Assembly: GCF_018350175.1 (NCBI RefSeq)
Contig: NC_058368.1
Coordinates: 36,830,001-36,894,000 of the forward strand
Direction: 5' to 3'
Origin: Felis catus
Lineage: Eukaryota
DNA: 64,000 nucleotides
A program made the translations under genes and the position numbers. The notes under the pieces were generated by a model. That model ran no database searches, was not told the DNA's origin, and saw only the letters and a program-made list of their open reading frames with translations. This document shows, piece by piece, positions 63,601 to 64,000 of this stretch (its first letter is position 1; the number at the start of each line of letters is the position of its first letter).

Positions 63601-64000
63601 TTCACTTAGGTGGTTTGTTTCTGGTTAGGGATGTAACCATTTATGTTCATGACACACTTTAAAAAACATCTTAGAAGTAATGAAAAATTTATCAGACCCT
63701 AAACTAGAGAAAATGAAAATACACTGATGGAGGGAAAAAAAAAGATTTGCTGAGAAATAGGGAATGGGGACTATTATTGTTTAAGTTACTGTATTCTTTT
63801 CTTTCCACAAGATTGTTTTGTGAAAAAGTAATCCACTAGGTTATATCTGGAAGCCAAAACTTAGATGCCAACAGACCATGATCACCTCAACCAGAGTAAG
63901 TGTTGTTTCACATGGTACAGTAGAAGCCAGGTTATTGAGGAAGAATCTCGGTTGCTGGACAGTGTCTTATTTCGTGGCCTTTTAAGTATGCAAAGTTACC

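Noticed and set aside
63800..63902. Exon-like unit ending AGA/GTAAGT
   Set aside because: Stops in all three frames from the upstream acceptor and no other support
1..64000. CRISPR arrays, operons, rRNA, CpG island, named gene
   Set aside because: Mammalian repeat-rich DNA; no repeat-spacer array or CpG island, and no gene I can identify confidently

Overview
AT-rich mammalian DNA from a felid (cat-like) genome: it carries about 33 tRNA-derived carnivore SINEs (CanSINE/SINEC_Fc type), six of them near-identical young copies with intact CpGs and clean target-site duplications (TSDs). I find no recognisable protein-coding gene; most ORFs in the track are SINE, L1 or microsatellite read-throughs. 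The window is a mosaic of L1 pieces (one 5'-complete L1 with an internal deletion), MaLR/ERV LTRs (one two-LTR MLT1J-like provirus), MER DNA transposons, MIR and L2. Most SINEs, large L1s and MaLR LTRs lie on the minus strand, suggesting (inference) a large intron of a plus-strand gene. The most interesting non-repeat stretch is ~7600-8460, where strong splice signals on both strands overlap; it may hold the 5' exons of a nested antisense gene that I cannot name. I see no clear new biological system; the other findings are structural (local duplications, filler capture in an L1, a SINE that duplicated a splice donor, inverted young SINEs). Repeat family names come from my memory of consensus sequences, and boundaries of old repeats are approximate.
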